A stretch of DNA of 64,000 nt from IMG/VR virus record IMGVR_UViG_3300037042_002251; one strand, written 5' to 3'. Every line of letters starts with the position of its first letter. Position 1 is the stretch's first letter. This stretch comes from an uncultured virus (IMG/VR IMGVR_UViG_3300037042_002251) (Duplodnaviria > Heunggongvirae > Uroviricota > Caudoviricetes). Position numbers and translations under genes: made by a program. Positions 1 to 10,062 of the stretch are shown here, in pieces. A model generated the notes under the pieces. It did not search any database. It saw only the letters and a program-made list of their open reading frames with translations, and was not told the DNA's origin.

Positions 1-2
1 GA

Positions 3-404
3 TGGGTCGAGAGCATCGCGGACCCGCAACTGAACTGGGCATGGGACGCGTCGGTCGGCATCATCGACGTGTACGCGGGGCTCGCCATGTCACGGGACAT
101 GTCGTTCATGGATGGGCTCTCACAGGTGTGGCACGATTGGTACGGCGTGTTCGACGGGGGCGCAGCCAACATAGGCATCTTGGGCGCGTACGACGAGTTC
201 GTGCAGTCCGTACCGGACGACTACCACGCTGACATCCACCGCATCGTCGCGCTCGCGGTCGAGTGCGGGACAACACGCAAGACACTCGCACGCGGGGCAG
301 CCAAGGCAATCAAGACCGAACTCATCGTCGCGCCTGTGCAACGCGAAGCACCCAAGACGCCTTCGTACCTGAAACTCGTCATCAACAACGTGGAGCACGC
401 ATGA
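3..404 (+). CDS. hypothetical protein, 5' truncated
   Basis: Frame is open from the window edge; its stop overlaps the next ATG (ATGA). Confidence 0.7.
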   Translation, partial: WVESIADPQLNWAWDASVGIIDVYAGLAMSRDMSFMDGLSQVWHDWYGVFDGGAANIGILGAYDEFVQSVPDDYHADIHRIVALAVECGTTRKTLARGAAKAIKTELIVAPVQREAPKTPSYLKLVINNVEHA

Positions 405-574
405 GGGGCATAGCCTCGTTCGCAGATTCGCTCGTGCACGAATGGACGGCCACGGGAGACGCCATGCTGTCACCGGACGAATGGGACGCACTCGCGCCCG
501 CCGCCATCTACTACAACAGGCTGATGCTGGGGTACTTCCTGCGTGCGCGACGCAAGGTCGAGAAGCGCACGTAG
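401..574 (+). CDS. hypothetical protein (57 aa)
   Basis: GGAG upstream; ATGA overlap with the previous gene. Confidence 0.6.
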   Translation: MRGIASFADSLVHEWTATGDAMLSPDEWDALAPAAIYYNRLMLGYFLRARRKVEKRT

Positions 575-588
575 CGTACATGTGACGT

Positions 589-632
589 ATGTACGTAGGG
601 TGCACGTGACGTGCACGTGATGTGCGCCCTAC
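589..632 (+). repeat. 11-bp phased repeat array 1
   Basis: ATGTACGTAGG/GTGCACGTGAC/GTGCACGTGAT/GTGCGCCCTAC. Confidence 0.9.
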
Positions 633-654
633 ACACGGGATGACCTTGGCTTTG

Positions 655-682
655 TTGTCAATCTGTCGGACCGAGATACGGT
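655..682 (+). promoter_or_regulatory. early promoter 1
   Basis: TTGTCA-N16-TACGGT; same geometry in five copies. Confidence 0.75.
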
Positions 683-727
683 GAGAATGTTGGGACGAAG
701 AACGTCTTGACGACACAGGAGAAAGAC

Positions 728-1282
728 ATGTCGCGCATGAACGAGTACAAGAAGTCCATCCGTCGTTCGTTCAAGTGGGAAGCAATCAAGGCCGAGGCGT
801 CCCGTGAGGGGGATGTGTGGCTCGGCACCATCTTCGCCCTCACCCCGAGCGGCAAGATGTACGCTCCCTTCGCGTGCAGCAACGTGATGGGCTGCAAGCG
901 GTGCAAGGGGTCGGGCACGGTCGCGAACCGCAAGGCGGACGCGGCCAAGTTCAAGGCAGCGGACGAGCGCAACGCCGAGTTGCTCGCTGACCTGCTCGCC
1001 AACCACGGCCCGTGGTTCGCGAAGGCGTGGCCGAAGGACAAGGCGGAAGCGTTGGAGGCGTCGCGCATGGAGGCCAAGGCCAACCAGCCGACGCGGACGT
1101 GCGATTGGTGCAACGGGAACGGTTCGCATGAGGCCGCGAAGGACGAGGATTGGTGGTTCGCGTTGGCGAGCATCTGCCGGGAGCATGGTCTCGCTCCCGG
1201 ACGATTTGAAGGTGATGCCGATGATGGCGTGTGGGTGTGTGACCCTGAGTTCAGCAACGACAACGTGCAGGAGGTGGTGTGA
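728..1282 (+). CDS. protein with DnaJ-type CxxCxGxG zinc-finger motifs
   Basis: CKRCKGSG and CDWCNGNG; AGGAG upstream. Confidence 0.75.
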   Translation: MSRMNEYKKSIRRSFKWEAIKAEASREGDVWLGTIFALTPSGKMYAPFACSNVMGCKRCKGSGTVANRKADAAKFKAADERNAELLADLLANHGPWFAKAWPKDKAEALEASRMEAKANQPTRTCDWCNGNGSHEAAKDEDWWFALASICREHGLAPGRFEGDADDGVWVCDPEFSNDNVQEVV

Positions 1283-1638
1283 TGACGACGCACAACAACG
1301 TGACGATGGTGGTGAAGGCTGGTGCGAAGGCGCGTCAGCCGGGGCAACTTCGCTCGACGGCGTGGACCTGCATCCTCAAGCACGAGGGGCGGCAACTCAC
1401 GGTCCCCTTCTTCATGGGCAGCGGCCATAACGGTCGTGAGCCCGAACTGAGCGAGGTCCTCGACGCGCTCTTGAGCGATGCGACGATGGTCGAGGGGATG
1501 AACGGCGAGGGCTGGGCTCGCGAGTGCGGGTTCGGGACGGACGATGCGTGGGAGCCCGTGTACCGCGCTGTGGTGAAGCAGACGAACGGGCTCAAGCGAT
1601 TGCTGGGTGACAAGTACAACAACATGCTGGAGGGATGA
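1282..1638 (+). CDS. hypothetical protein
   Basis: GGAGG upstream, coupled to the previous stop. Confidence 0.75.
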   Translation: MTTHNNVTMVVKAGAKARQPGQLRSTAWTCILKHEGRQLTVPFFMGSGHNGREPELSEVLDALLSDATMVEGMNGEGWARECGFGTDDAWEPVYRAVVKQTNGLKRLLGDKYNNMLEG

Positions 1639-1642
1639 ACAC

Positions 1643-2548
1643 ATGGACACGAACAAGCACGACCTCGAACTTCTCAATCGGCTTCGCACCGAGCACACCC
1701 ACCCCCTGCTCCCGCGAACGACCATGGAGGTCATGTATGAGTACCGGCGGCAGCGCAGCGGCATCGTGCAGGCCCACAAGGCCAAGGTTGACGCGCTCGG
1801 GCTCGACTTCCGTTACACCGAACGCATCGGACGCTACGGCGGCTACAAGTCGCCGCTCACGCTCGACGCCGAGGACGTTCGCTCTCGCGGGTTCGACCCC
1901 GAACACCTGACCGCTACGGTCGAGGTCGCGTACGACGACTTCCATCAGAGCGGTGAGGAGGTCGCGACCGACTGCGGGTACGTCGTCGAGAAGGCAAGCG
2001 GGGTGAGCATGAACGACGGCGATGACCGTCGTTCGCACGAGAGCGTGAAGGTGGACTACAGCGGCCCGCGTGACCGTGCTGACTACCGGTGGGTTACGGT
2101 CGGGCGGCGGGAGGAGCGGCACTTCCTCGAAGGCCCCGCGTGGAAGGGCATGGGCCGAGGGCTTCGCACGTTCGTCCGGCATGAGCGTCTGAAGGGCGCT
2201 GCCGAGCAGATGGCCGAGTACATGCACAAGTGGGCGAGTGACGACATCAAGACGTTCAACGTGACCGTTAGCGTGTATTGGCGTGGCGAGGAGGTCGGGA
2301 CCGAGTCGCTCGGCGGGTGCGAGACCGAGAACATCGAGAAGGACTTGGCGGACTTCATCCTCGACAACGACCTTCACGGGACCGCGCTTCACGAGGCCGA
2401 GCGGTGGGCCGATAGTGCGGTGGCCGACGCGCAGAAGCGTGCCGCGCAGATTGTGAACGACATCGCGCTCCTTCCCGAGCGCAGTATCGAGGTCGTCCGT
2501 GGGCAGTTCAAGACGGCGACCGTGACCAACATGCGAAAGGAGGCTTGA
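1643..2548 (+). CDS. hypothetical protein
   Basis: GGAGG upstream; 301-aa ORF in operon context. Confidence 0.8.
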   Translation: MDTNKHDLELLNRLRTEHTHPLLPRTTMEVMYEYRRQRSGIVQAHKAKVDALGLDFRYTERIGRYGGYKSPLTLDAEDVRSRGFDPEHLTATVEVAYDDFHQSGEEVATDCGYVVEKASGVSMNDGDDRRSHESVKVDYSGPRDRADYRWVTVGRREERHFLEGPAWKGMGRGLRTFVRHERLKGAAEQMAEYMHKWASDDIKTFNVTVSVYWRGEEVGTESLGGCETENIEKDLADFILDNDLHGTALHEAERWADSAVADAQKRAAQIVNDIALLPERSIEVVRGQFKTATVTNMRKEA

Positions 2549-2928
2549 TGCAGACGTACAAATGGTACCAAGTGAGCCGGGACGTGACGCACGAGTGGAC
2601 GTTCATGGATGACGAGCGGTTGAAGCCGTCCCGAGTATGGGAACGGTCGCTCGTCACACCGGACATGGCCACTCACCTGTGTGAGGCCACGCCGTCGGCG
2701 TACGTGGACGTGCTGGAGTACACCGCCGAGTTCGAAGACGACGTGCCCGAGGGGGTGCGCGACTATTGGGAGGAGCAGTTCAACTACACCGGCCCGGTCG
2801 AGGGCTACTACGTGCACTACCGTGATGTGTTCGACGCTCACGGGCGACCCAAGTGGCGGCACGTCGAGCAGGGAGAGGACACCGAGGAGGATGCACGACA
2901 GTACGCACAGGGCAATCACCTCATCTGA
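2548..2928 (+). CDS. hypothetical protein
   Basis: AGGAGG upstream; TGATG overlap. Confidence 0.75.
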   Translation: MQTYKWYQVSRDVTHEWTFMDDERLKPSRVWERSLVTPDMATHLCEATPSAYVDVLEYTAEFEDDVPEGVRDYWEEQFNYTGPVEGYYVHYRDVFDAHGRPKWRHVEQGEDTEEDARQYAQGNHLI

Positions 2929-2954
2929 ACAACACACGCAAGGGAGACAGACAC

Positions 2955-3614
2955 ATGAGCAACATTCGCATTGATGGTGAGTTCTTCGAGGTCGAGCACA
3001 CCTACGGCAACATCGTGAACGGGGGGCGAGCACGCTACACGCTGTTCGCCTCTCGCGAGGAGGCGGGAGAGGAGGCTCGGACGTATTGGCAAGACATGGC
3101 CGAGCGCGACCCGACCGAGTTTCGCCACATGGTCGGGGACGAAACGCTCGTCGCGTGGGCGCTCGGCCAGTACGCAGGACCGGGAAGCACCAAGGCCACG
3201 AGCCTGTCCGAGTGGCTCGACCTGTGGTTGAACACGCCCGAAGAGCACTTCGCATCGTACGACGGCGACGAGCGGGACGTGAAGCCGCCCACCGCTGACG
3301 AGCGGGCGCGAGCCGACTTCATCGTGCGGTTGGACGTTGCGTTGGAGGAGGGAGGCTACGTCGAGGACGGGAGCGACGGGTCGTGCATTGGCATCAACCT
3401 CGACGGCGAGACGTACTGGCTCATGGAGGAGGGATTCAAGGGGGCGCACGGCACACGCTTCAGCGCGACCCCGTACGGGGAAGCAATCGGGGCGAGCAAG
3501 GACGACCTGCATGACGCGCTCTACCACGACGAGGTTGGCGCGTTCGTGAACGGATGGGACGAACTTGTCGAAGAACTCGGTTTCACGCCCACCGTGGCGT
3601 ACAGGAGCAACTGA
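2955..3614 (+). CDS. hypothetical acidic protein
   Basis: CA-rich leader and GGGAG. Confidence 0.8.
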   Translation: MSNIRIDGEFFEVEHTYGNIVNGGRARYTLFASREEAGEEARTYWQDMAERDPTEFRHMVGDETLVAWALGQYAGPGSTKATSLSEWLDLWLNTPEEHFASYDGDERDVKPPTADERARADFIVRLDVALEEGGYVEDGSDGSCIGINLDGETYWLMEEGFKGAHGTRFSATPYGEAIGASKDDLHDALYHDEVGAFVNGWDELVEELGFTPTVAYRSN

Positions 3615-4075
3615 TGGAAACAATCGAAATCATGGGTGTGGTCGTCCACATGGCGCATCGCGAGAACGAGGGACGAGGAGCGAACGACACGTACGACAGC
3701 GAGAGCATCGTCGCACGAGCGCGAAGCACGCCGGGTGTGCCCAAGTGTGACGAGCATGTGCTGAACGTCTTGCTCGGCCACCTACGCATGGAGGGGCTCA
3801 AGACCAACGGACCGTTCGACCCGCAGCAGCACGTCTACGGTGTGCCGATGTTGGTCGTGCTCGACTGCGAGTTCAACGTCGTCCACAAGCGTCCGTGGTC
3901 ACGCACGTTTCACGACCTGCTCGAACTCACGATGGTCGCCAAGGCGCTCAATGGTGCACTCACGGTCCAGCAGGACGTGGAGTGGCTCATGTCGGGAACG
4001 GGAGAGGCGTGGTGTGACGAGGGCATCGAGGTCGAGGTGTGGCCCCGCCTTCGCGTTCGTCCGCCGAACATCTGA
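3614..4075 (+). CDS. hypothetical protein
   Basis: AGGAG upstream; TGATG overlap. Confidence 0.75.
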   Translation: METIEIMGVVVHMAHRENEGRGANDTYDSESIVARARSTPGVPKCDEHVLNVLLGHLRMEGLKTNGPFDPQQHVYGVPMLVVLDCEFNVVHKRPWSRTFHDLLELTMVAKALNGALTVQQDVEWLMSGTGEAWCDEGIEVEVWPRLRVRPPNI

Positions 4076-4103
4076 ACAATCAACAACCTACACGGGAGAC
4101 GAC

Positions 4104-4415
4104 ATGACCGAGAACAAGTGTGTGCGGTGCGATGGTGAGGGATGGATTGCGGCGACCGACAAGGAGTGCCGCACGTGCGATGGTGACGGGGTGACGTACG
4201 AGTACGACGAGGCTCGCTACGTCAAGTTCGTGGAGGACATGCGAAACGCGGGCATCCCGGTCAAGCACTACAACGGACGGTTCTACTACCGTGGACCTGC
4301 CGTGTTCACGGACACGGACGGTGGGTTGGACAAGCAGGACGTGTACAGGGCCACGCGGGTCAAGTGTCAGGAGGACACGTTGGGCCGGTACGACACCATC
4401 GTGTACCCGCGATGA
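4104..4415 (+). CDS. zinc-finger protein (two CxxCxGxG motifs)
   Basis: CVRCDGEG and CRTCDGDG; CA-rich leader and GGGAG. Confidence 0.75.
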   Translation: MTENKCVRCDGEGWIAATDKECRTCDGDGVTYEYDEARYVKFVEDMRNAGIPVKHYNGRFYYRGPAVFTDTDGGLDKQDVYRATRVKCQEDTLGRYDTIVYPR

Positions 4416-4660
4416 GGCGTCGTTTCGTGGACCTGTTCGCAGGGGAGCCCGTGCACCCGTGCGTACAGTCGGTCAATGGCAAGTGGGTCGTCGCGTACGA
4501 GCGCAACGGGAGGTTCGTGGTGCCCGGTCACACGGGTATGAAGGACAATCCCAACGCGTTCGTTGGCGACCTGACGGAAGGCAGCAAGTTCGGGTACGTG
4601 TACAGCAACAAGCGTGATGCAGTTGAGCGAGCGAAAGAACTTTTCCCCTACAGGAGGTGA
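4412..4660 (+). CDS. hypothetical protein
   Basis: ATGA overlap; operon context. Confidence 0.65.
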   Translation: MRRRFVDLFAGEPVHPCVQSVNGKWVVAYERNGRFVVPGHTGMKDNPNAFVGDLTEGSKFGYVYSNKRDAVERAKELFPYRR

Positions 4661-4663
4661 CAC

Positions 4664-4924
4664 ATGACGGTCGAGACTTGGGAGCCCGGGAACGGGACGC
4701 GCTACGAGGTGATGATGGTCGAGGAGCAGAACACGTACGTGTTCGTGTGGCTCAACGCGCCGAAGTACGGACGGGCATTTCGGATTGGGAAGGGCACGTT
4801 CCTGCACGTGTCGTACTTCGGTGACAAGTTGGGCTTCTACAACGAGGCAGACCTGTTCGCGCTGATGCGCTGGATGGACACGAAGAACCCGAAGTTCGAG
4901 ACGCACAAGGAGGACAACGCATGA
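4664..4924 (+). CDS. hypothetical protein
   Basis: AGGAGGT upstream. Confidence 0.75.
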   Translation: MTVETWEPGNGTRYEVMMVEEQNTYVFVWLNAPKYGRAFRIGKGTFLHVSYFGDKLGFYNEADLFALMRWMDTKNPKFETHKEDNA

Positions 4925-5322
4925 GCCGCATCCCTACCGACATTGACCTCGCGGACTACTTCGACGCAGCGCCCGAGGCTCTTCGCATTGAACGTGACGG
5001 AAACCTCGACTACGAGAGCACGGGATGGTTCGTGGGCGGGGGCGAGTTGGGCGACCGCAGGACCCGTAGCGAATGGGTGCGCTGGACGGCTGTGGACCTG
5101 TGGGTGACCGTGACGCGCAAGTACATCGTGCAGATTCGACGCGCAGACGAGGGTACGAACGCTCGGATGTTCAACGCGCACGCTGCCGAAACCTTCGACG
5201 AGATTGTCGAGTGGCTCATGGCGGACAATCACGGGAGACTTGGACCTGCCTCAAAGGCGATGGTCGAAGACGTGACGCGCGAGTGCGAGTGGCTCACGGG
5301 GCGAGACACCGTCACGATTTGA
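4921..5322 (+). CDS. hypothetical protein
   Basis: AAGGAGG upstream; ATGA overlap. Confidence 0.75.
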   Translation: MSRIPTDIDLADYFDAAPEALRIERDGNLDYESTGWFVGGGELGDRRTRSEWVRWTAVDLWVTVTRKYIVQIRRADEGTNARMFNAHAAETFDEIVEWLMADNHGRLGPASKAMVEDVTRECEWLTGRDTVTI

Positions 5323-5324
5323 CC

Positions 5325-5379
5325 TCACACATGAGGCGCATGTGATGTGCATGTCAGGTGCACGTCATGTGCGCCTCAT
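5325..5379 (+). repeat. 11-bp phased repeat array 2
   Basis: TCACACATGAG/GCGCATGTGAT/GTGCATGTCAG/GTGCACGTCAT/GTGCGCCTCAT. Confidence 0.9.
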
Positions 5380-5401
5380 TCGCGGGATGCTCTAGGCTTC
5401 C

Positions 5402-5429
5402 TTGTCAATCTGTCCCGACGAGATACAGG
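5402..5429 (+). promoter_or_regulatory. early promoter 2
   Basis: TTGTCA-N16-TACAGG; weaker -10. Confidence 0.65.
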
Positions 5430-5452
5430 GTTTGTACTTCTGAGGAGGTCCT

Positions 5453-5872
5453 ATGCTTCGTATCGACGCTGCCAAGTTCGCCCTTGCGGGAAACGCCACC
5501 TTCACGGTGGTCTCTCGCGCTACCGGGACCCGCTACACCTACAAGGTGTCGCGGCGAGACGACAACTCCCCGTGGTACCTCGTCGGGGTCCTGACCGGCC
5601 CTGACAACGACAAGTCGTACACGTACATCGGTTCGGTCGGCTGGGACCGCGAGCGGTACCCGGACCCCAAGTTCTTCGCACGGCGGGGCGTCGAGGCTCC
5701 CCCGAGCGCGGTGGGCTTCGAGTGGCTCGTCCGGACAGCGTTCACCAACGACGCCGCGTGGGAGCGCGTTGAGTTCCACCACGCCGGTCGTTGTGGCCGG
5801 TGCGGTCGGACGCTGACGGTGCCCGAGAGCATCGAGACCGGTTTCGGTCCCGAGTGCGCGACCAAGGTCTGA
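5453..5872 (+). CDS. DUF6011-like zinc-ribbon protein
   Basis: C-terminal CGRCGRTLTVPESIETGFGPEC; GAGGAGG upstream. Confidence 0.8.
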   Translation: MLRIDAAKFALAGNATFTVVSRATGTRYTYKVSRRDDNSPWYLVGVLTGPDNDKSYTYIGSVGWDRERYPDPKFFARRGVEAPPSAVGFEWLVRTAFTNDAAWERVEFHHAGRCGRCGRTLTVPESIETGFGPECATKV

Positions 5873-5903
5873 ACACTCACACTCACACGACAACACAGGA
5901 GAC

Positions 5904-7199
5904 ATGCACATGAGCAACATCACCCTTTCTCCCGACCAGCAGACCGCGCTTGACACCGTCCTCGCCACGCTCAAGAGCGATGGTGAGGCCATCCTCGCTG
6001 GTGCTGCGGGCACCGGCAAGACGACTGTCATGGCCGTCGTCCTCTCCCGCTGGGGCGGGAACGTCATGTTCATGGCCCCCACGGGCAAGGCGGCGGTTCG
6101 CCTGACCGAGCAAGTCGGTCGCAAGGCTTCGACCATTCACTCGGCCCTGTACGGTGAGGCCGAGGAGGAGCGGGTCAAGGGCTCGCGCCGGGACAAGTTG
6201 CACTTCGGTGAGCCCACGGCTCCCGAGGGATGTGGTGCGGGCACGCTCGTCGTGATTGACGAGGCGTCGATGGTCAACGAGAACCTCGCCCGTGACGTGC
6301 GAAACGTCATCCTCGCGTCGGGGGCCGCGCTCCTGTGGGTCGGTGACCACGAGCAGTTGCCCCCGGTCGAGGGGACGTGGGGTGTCCCGCTCCAGCGACC
6401 CACGGCGTGTCTCACGCAAGTTCATCGTCAGGCTCTCGAATCGCCGGTCCTCGACCTCGCTACCTGCATCCGGGAGCGGCGAGGACAGGAGTTCGTGCGC
6501 TGGGGCGACGACTGCTCCCGCACCGTGGTGACGAGCGTGCAGGACGCCGTCGATTGGTCCGAGCAGGATGCGAGCAATCGCGTGTTGCTCACTTGGACCA
6601 ACAGCGTTCGCACGAAGGCGAACCGGATGACCCGAGCGGCTCGCGGTCTCCCTCGGCAGGACCTCGTGGCGGGTGAGCGCATCATCTGCACCTACAACAA
6701 TCACGGTCTCGGGACCATGAACGGCGAGGTGTTCGCCGTCCGCAGCGTGGAGGTGTGCGAGCCTCTCACGCAAGCGTGCGGCAGCCGCATCTTGTGGGTC
6801 ACGCTCGACGAGAACCGCCCGACGCCCCGCCGCGTGTTGGTCGCCGTCGAGACCTTCGACGCCTACCGTCCCGGGATGAGCGACCGGCGCATCTTCCAAT
6901 GGGCCTTCAACAAGGTCATGGACCGTCGAGAGGAGGCGAACGTCATGGCGGCGATGCGCTGGAGCGTCGAGGAGTTGCGCCGCTGGCGCAACGAGGTGTC
7001 CACGTCGGCCATGCAGGCCACGTACGGCTACTGCCTCACGGTCCACAAGTCGCAGGGCAGCCAGTTTCCCGCAGTCGGGTTCATCAGTTGCCCGAACTTT
7101 CGCTCGTTCGAGGACGCCGACTTCAAGCGTCGGCTCACCTACACCGCAATCACCCGGGCGCAGGTCACCTTCCGCGCCTTCACCCTCAACGTCGTCTGA
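5904..7199 (+). CDS. RecD/Dda-like SF1B helicase
   Basis: GAAGTGKT, APTGKAA, IDEASM, VGDHEQLPPV, YCLTVHKSQGSQF, YTAITRA. Confidence 0.92.
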   Translation: MHMSNITLSPDQQTALDTVLATLKSDGEAILAGAAGTGKTTVMAVVLSRWGGNVMFMAPTGKAAVRLTEQVGRKASTIHSALYGEAEEERVKGSRRDKLHFGEPTAPEGCGAGTLVVIDEASMVNENLARDVRNVILASGAALLWVGDHEQLPPVEGTWGVPLQRPTACLTQVHRQALESPVLDLATCIRERRGQEFVRWGDDCSRTVVTSVQDAVDWSEQDASNRVLLTWTNSVRTKANRMTRAARGLPRQDLVAGERIICTYNNHGLGTMNGEVFAVRSVEVCEPLTQACGSRILWVTLDENRPTPRRVLVAVETFDAYRPGMSDRRIFQWAFNKVMDRREEANVMAAMRWSVEELRRWRNEVSTSAMQATYGYCLTVHKSQGSQFPAVGFISCPNFRSFEDADFKRRLTYTAITRAQVTFRAFTLNVV

Positions 7200-7213
7200 A
7201 CCAAGGAGCGCAC

Positions 7214-7636
7214 ATGCGAGAACACATCGTCACGTTCGACTACAACAACATCACGGACCCGGAAACGGACGAGCCGCTGCACGGCGAAGCAGCGTCGCGG
7301 CAGTTCGAGGCCGAGTTCGCGTGCGGCATCCTGCCGGGTGCAATCCTCGCGTACAGGTGCTTCGAGGCCAACATCAAGCGACGCCTCGCGTACTACCGCT
7401 TCATCACGGATGACAGCGTGCACACGGAAGACCTGTGCGACATGTTGCAGACCGCCCTGTACGACGAGGGTGGGCTGTCGGGAGAGTACTACACGAGCAA
7501 GCGCGTACCGTTCGACGTGTCACGCGAGGAGGTGATTGTCCGCCGATTGACCATCATGGCCGAGAACGAAGACCAAGCAATCCGCATTGCCACCGCTGGT
7601 GGCACCGTCCTGTCCTGCAAGCCCGTCAACAACTGA
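7214..7636 (+). CDS. hypothetical protein
   Basis: AAGGAG upstream. Confidence 0.75.
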   Translation: MREHIVTFDYNNITDPETDEPLHGEAASRQFEAEFACGILPGAILAYRCFEANIKRRLAYYRFITDDSVHTEDLCDMLQTALYDEGGLSGEYYTSKRVPFDVSREEVIVRRLTIMAENEDQAIRIATAGGTVLSCKPVNN

Positions 7637-7651
7637 AAGGAGACAACGCAC

Positions 7652-8134
7652 ATGCTCAACCTCATCAATCGCATCATGGAACTCGCTGTGGAGCGCATCC
7701 TCAACCTCATCGACCGTGCCCGCGTCGAGCAGAAGGTGGTTGACCTGCTCGTCTCGGACGGCATCGACCTTCGCGAACTCGCGGAACACATTGAGCCGTC
7801 CGAGGTCGCGTCCCACATCGAGGTGGACTACACCGAACTCGCGAGCGAAATCGACGCGAGTGATATCGCGAGCGAGGTCATCGACGACTACCGCTTCAGC
7901 ACCCGCATGGAAGACCACATTCGGGAAGCGGTCGAGAACGAGGTGGATGGGCTGGGCGAGCGCATCAAGGCGCTCGAAGCCAAGGCCAACGAGACGCCCG
8001 TGGCCGTGCCGACGCCCGTGGCCGAGCCGACCGTGACCGAGGTGCCCGCTGCCTTGACCGAGCGACTGCTCGACCTCGCCGTGACGCGCCTGTTGGAGAT
8101 GGCCGACGAAGCCGCTCGTGACGGGAAGGTGTGA
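7652..8134 (+). CDS. hypothetical acidic helical protein with short internal repeats
   Basis: AAGGAG upstream; ELAEHI/EVASHI/ELASEI/DIASEV repeats. Confidence 0.75.
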   Translation: MLNLINRIMELAVERILNLIDRARVEQKVVDLLVSDGIDLRELAEHIEPSEVASHIEVDYTELASEIDASDIASEVIDDYRFSTRMEDHIREAVENEVDGLGERIKALEAKANETPVAVPTPVAEPTVTEVPAALTERLLDLAVTRLLEMADEAARDGKV

Positions 8135-8135
8135 C

Positions 8136-8393
8136 GTGGCGGTGGAGATGCACGTGACCGTCCCTGTGGGGCGGTTCGGCAAGTCGTGCGTGCTGGTTCG
8201 ATACTACCCGCGTTGGGACGAAATCGAACTGATGGAGGCCACGAGCGAGAGCGGGACGCCGTTCGACTTGCACAGCGAGTTGGACGTGGAGGCGCTCGAC
8301 GCCGTGTACGAGCAGGTGCGACACGTAGTGGAAGAGTGCTGGAGCGAGGAACACAACGCGAACATGCGCTTCGACGCAGAGGAGTACGTCTGA
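8136..8393 (+). CDS. hypothetical protein
   Basis: Operon context; start uncertain. Confidence 0.6.
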   Translation: MAVEMHVTVPVGRFGKSCVLVRYYPRWDEIELMEATSESGTPFDLHSELDVEALDAVYEQVRHVVEECWSEEHNANMRFDAEEYV

Positions 8394-8650
8394 TGGATAC
8401 CGTGCTTACGACCCCCACCCGCAACGAACTGAAGGTTGGAGAGAGCGTCGTGCGAGCGTGCTACGACATGGAGAAGGAACTGTACTGTGTCATGCTGGAG
8501 CGCATTGACATGACGTACGCCTTGCAAGGGTTCGACCCGCTCACGCGAGAGTGGACCAACGGCATCATCCTGCCGAATCTGACTGTGGCACGTCATGTGT
8601 ACATGGAGTCCACGTCAGGCGCACACCACGTACACGTCATGTGTGCGTGA
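8393..8650 (+). CDS. hypothetical protein; 3' end overlaps repeat array 3
   Basis: GAGGAG upstream; TGATG overlap. Confidence 0.65.
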   Translation: MDTVLTTPTRNELKVGESVVRACYDMEKELYCVMLERIDMTYALQGFDPLTREWTNGIILPNLTVARHVYMESTSGAHHVHVMCA

Positions 8651-8651
8651 C
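8586..8651 (+). repeat. 11-bp phased repeat array 3
   Basis: TGGCACGTCAT/GTGTACATGGA/GTCCACGTCAG/GCGCACACCAC/GTACACGTCAT/GTGTGCGTGAC. Confidence 0.85.
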
Positions 8652-8673
8652 ACGCGGGAGGCACTTCGGTTCA

Positions 8674-8701
8674 TTGTCAGTTTGACCGGACAAGGTATGC
8701 T
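8674..8701 (+). promoter_or_regulatory. early promoter 3
   Basis: TTGTCA-N16-TATGCT. Confidence 0.8.
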
Positions 8702-8766
8702 GATAGTGTTCGAAGCGAGAACTGTTTTCGCAGCGAACTTCACAAGTCACACAACAGGAGTCACAC

Positions 8767-9509
<743 letters not shown>

Positions 9510-9510
<1 letters not shown>

Positions 9511-9583
9511 GCCGAAACGCCCCGGCATCCCGCTCACACGGGGTGTCGTGTCGTCCGTGCGTGAGGCGCACGCTGACGAGGCC
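9510..9583 (+). ncRNA. hammerhead ribozyme, type II topology
   Basis: GGCC-GAAAC-stem III-GTC(9553-9555)-CGTGCG/CGCACG stem I-CTGACGA-GGCC; all core nucleotides present. Confidence 0.88.
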
Positions 9584-9617
9584 CGTCAGAGACAACATCA
9601 CACGAGAGGGAGACAAC

Positions 9618-9821
9618 ATGGTCATCACCGGGGAACGCAACATCGCGATGTACCGACTGCTCACGATGAAGGCCGCGCTCAAGTTGGAGTGCATGGGGAT
9701 GAAGCACTCGAAGGGGAGCGTCTACGCTCTCGTGAAGCAGGAGTTCGGGTTCAAGGGCAACAAGCAGCGCGTGCTGGAGCAACTCACGGCTCACATCGAG
9801 AGCCTGCGGGAGGTCGCGTGA
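9618..9821 (+). CDS. hypothetical protein
   Basis: CA-rich leader and GGGAG. Confidence 0.75.
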   Translation: MVITGERNIAMYRLLTMKAALKLECMGMKHSKGSVYALVKQEFGFKGNKQRVLEQLTAHIESLREVA

Positions 9822-10048
9822 ACATCAACATCGACGGCAAGGACTACGCGTTCGAGCAGGGTGACCTGTGGTGTGTCGAGGTCGGTCGATACGCACGGGG
9901 GGCGTACCGTCCTCGGTACACGGTGGAGACGCCCCAGCAGGGGACGTTCTACTACCGAGCAATCAACATTGGGCGTGGGTACAAGAAGCGGCTCGTGCTG
10001 GAGCGCGCTGATGGGTCCCGCACTCTCGTCTGCAAGTCTGCATCGTGA
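9818..10048 (+). CDS. hypothetical protein
   Basis: GGGAGGT upstream; GTGA overlap. Confidence 0.7.
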   Translation: MNINIDGKDYAFEQGDLWCVEVGRYARGAYRPRYTVETPQQGTFYYRAINIGRGYKKRLVLERADGSRTLVCKSAS

Positions 10049-10062
10049 ACACAGGAGTCAAC

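Noticed and set aside
575..632. Z-DNA function of the purine-pyrimidine alternating tracts
   Set aside because: Alternation is broken in every unit; the exact 11-bp phasing is better explained by protein binding.
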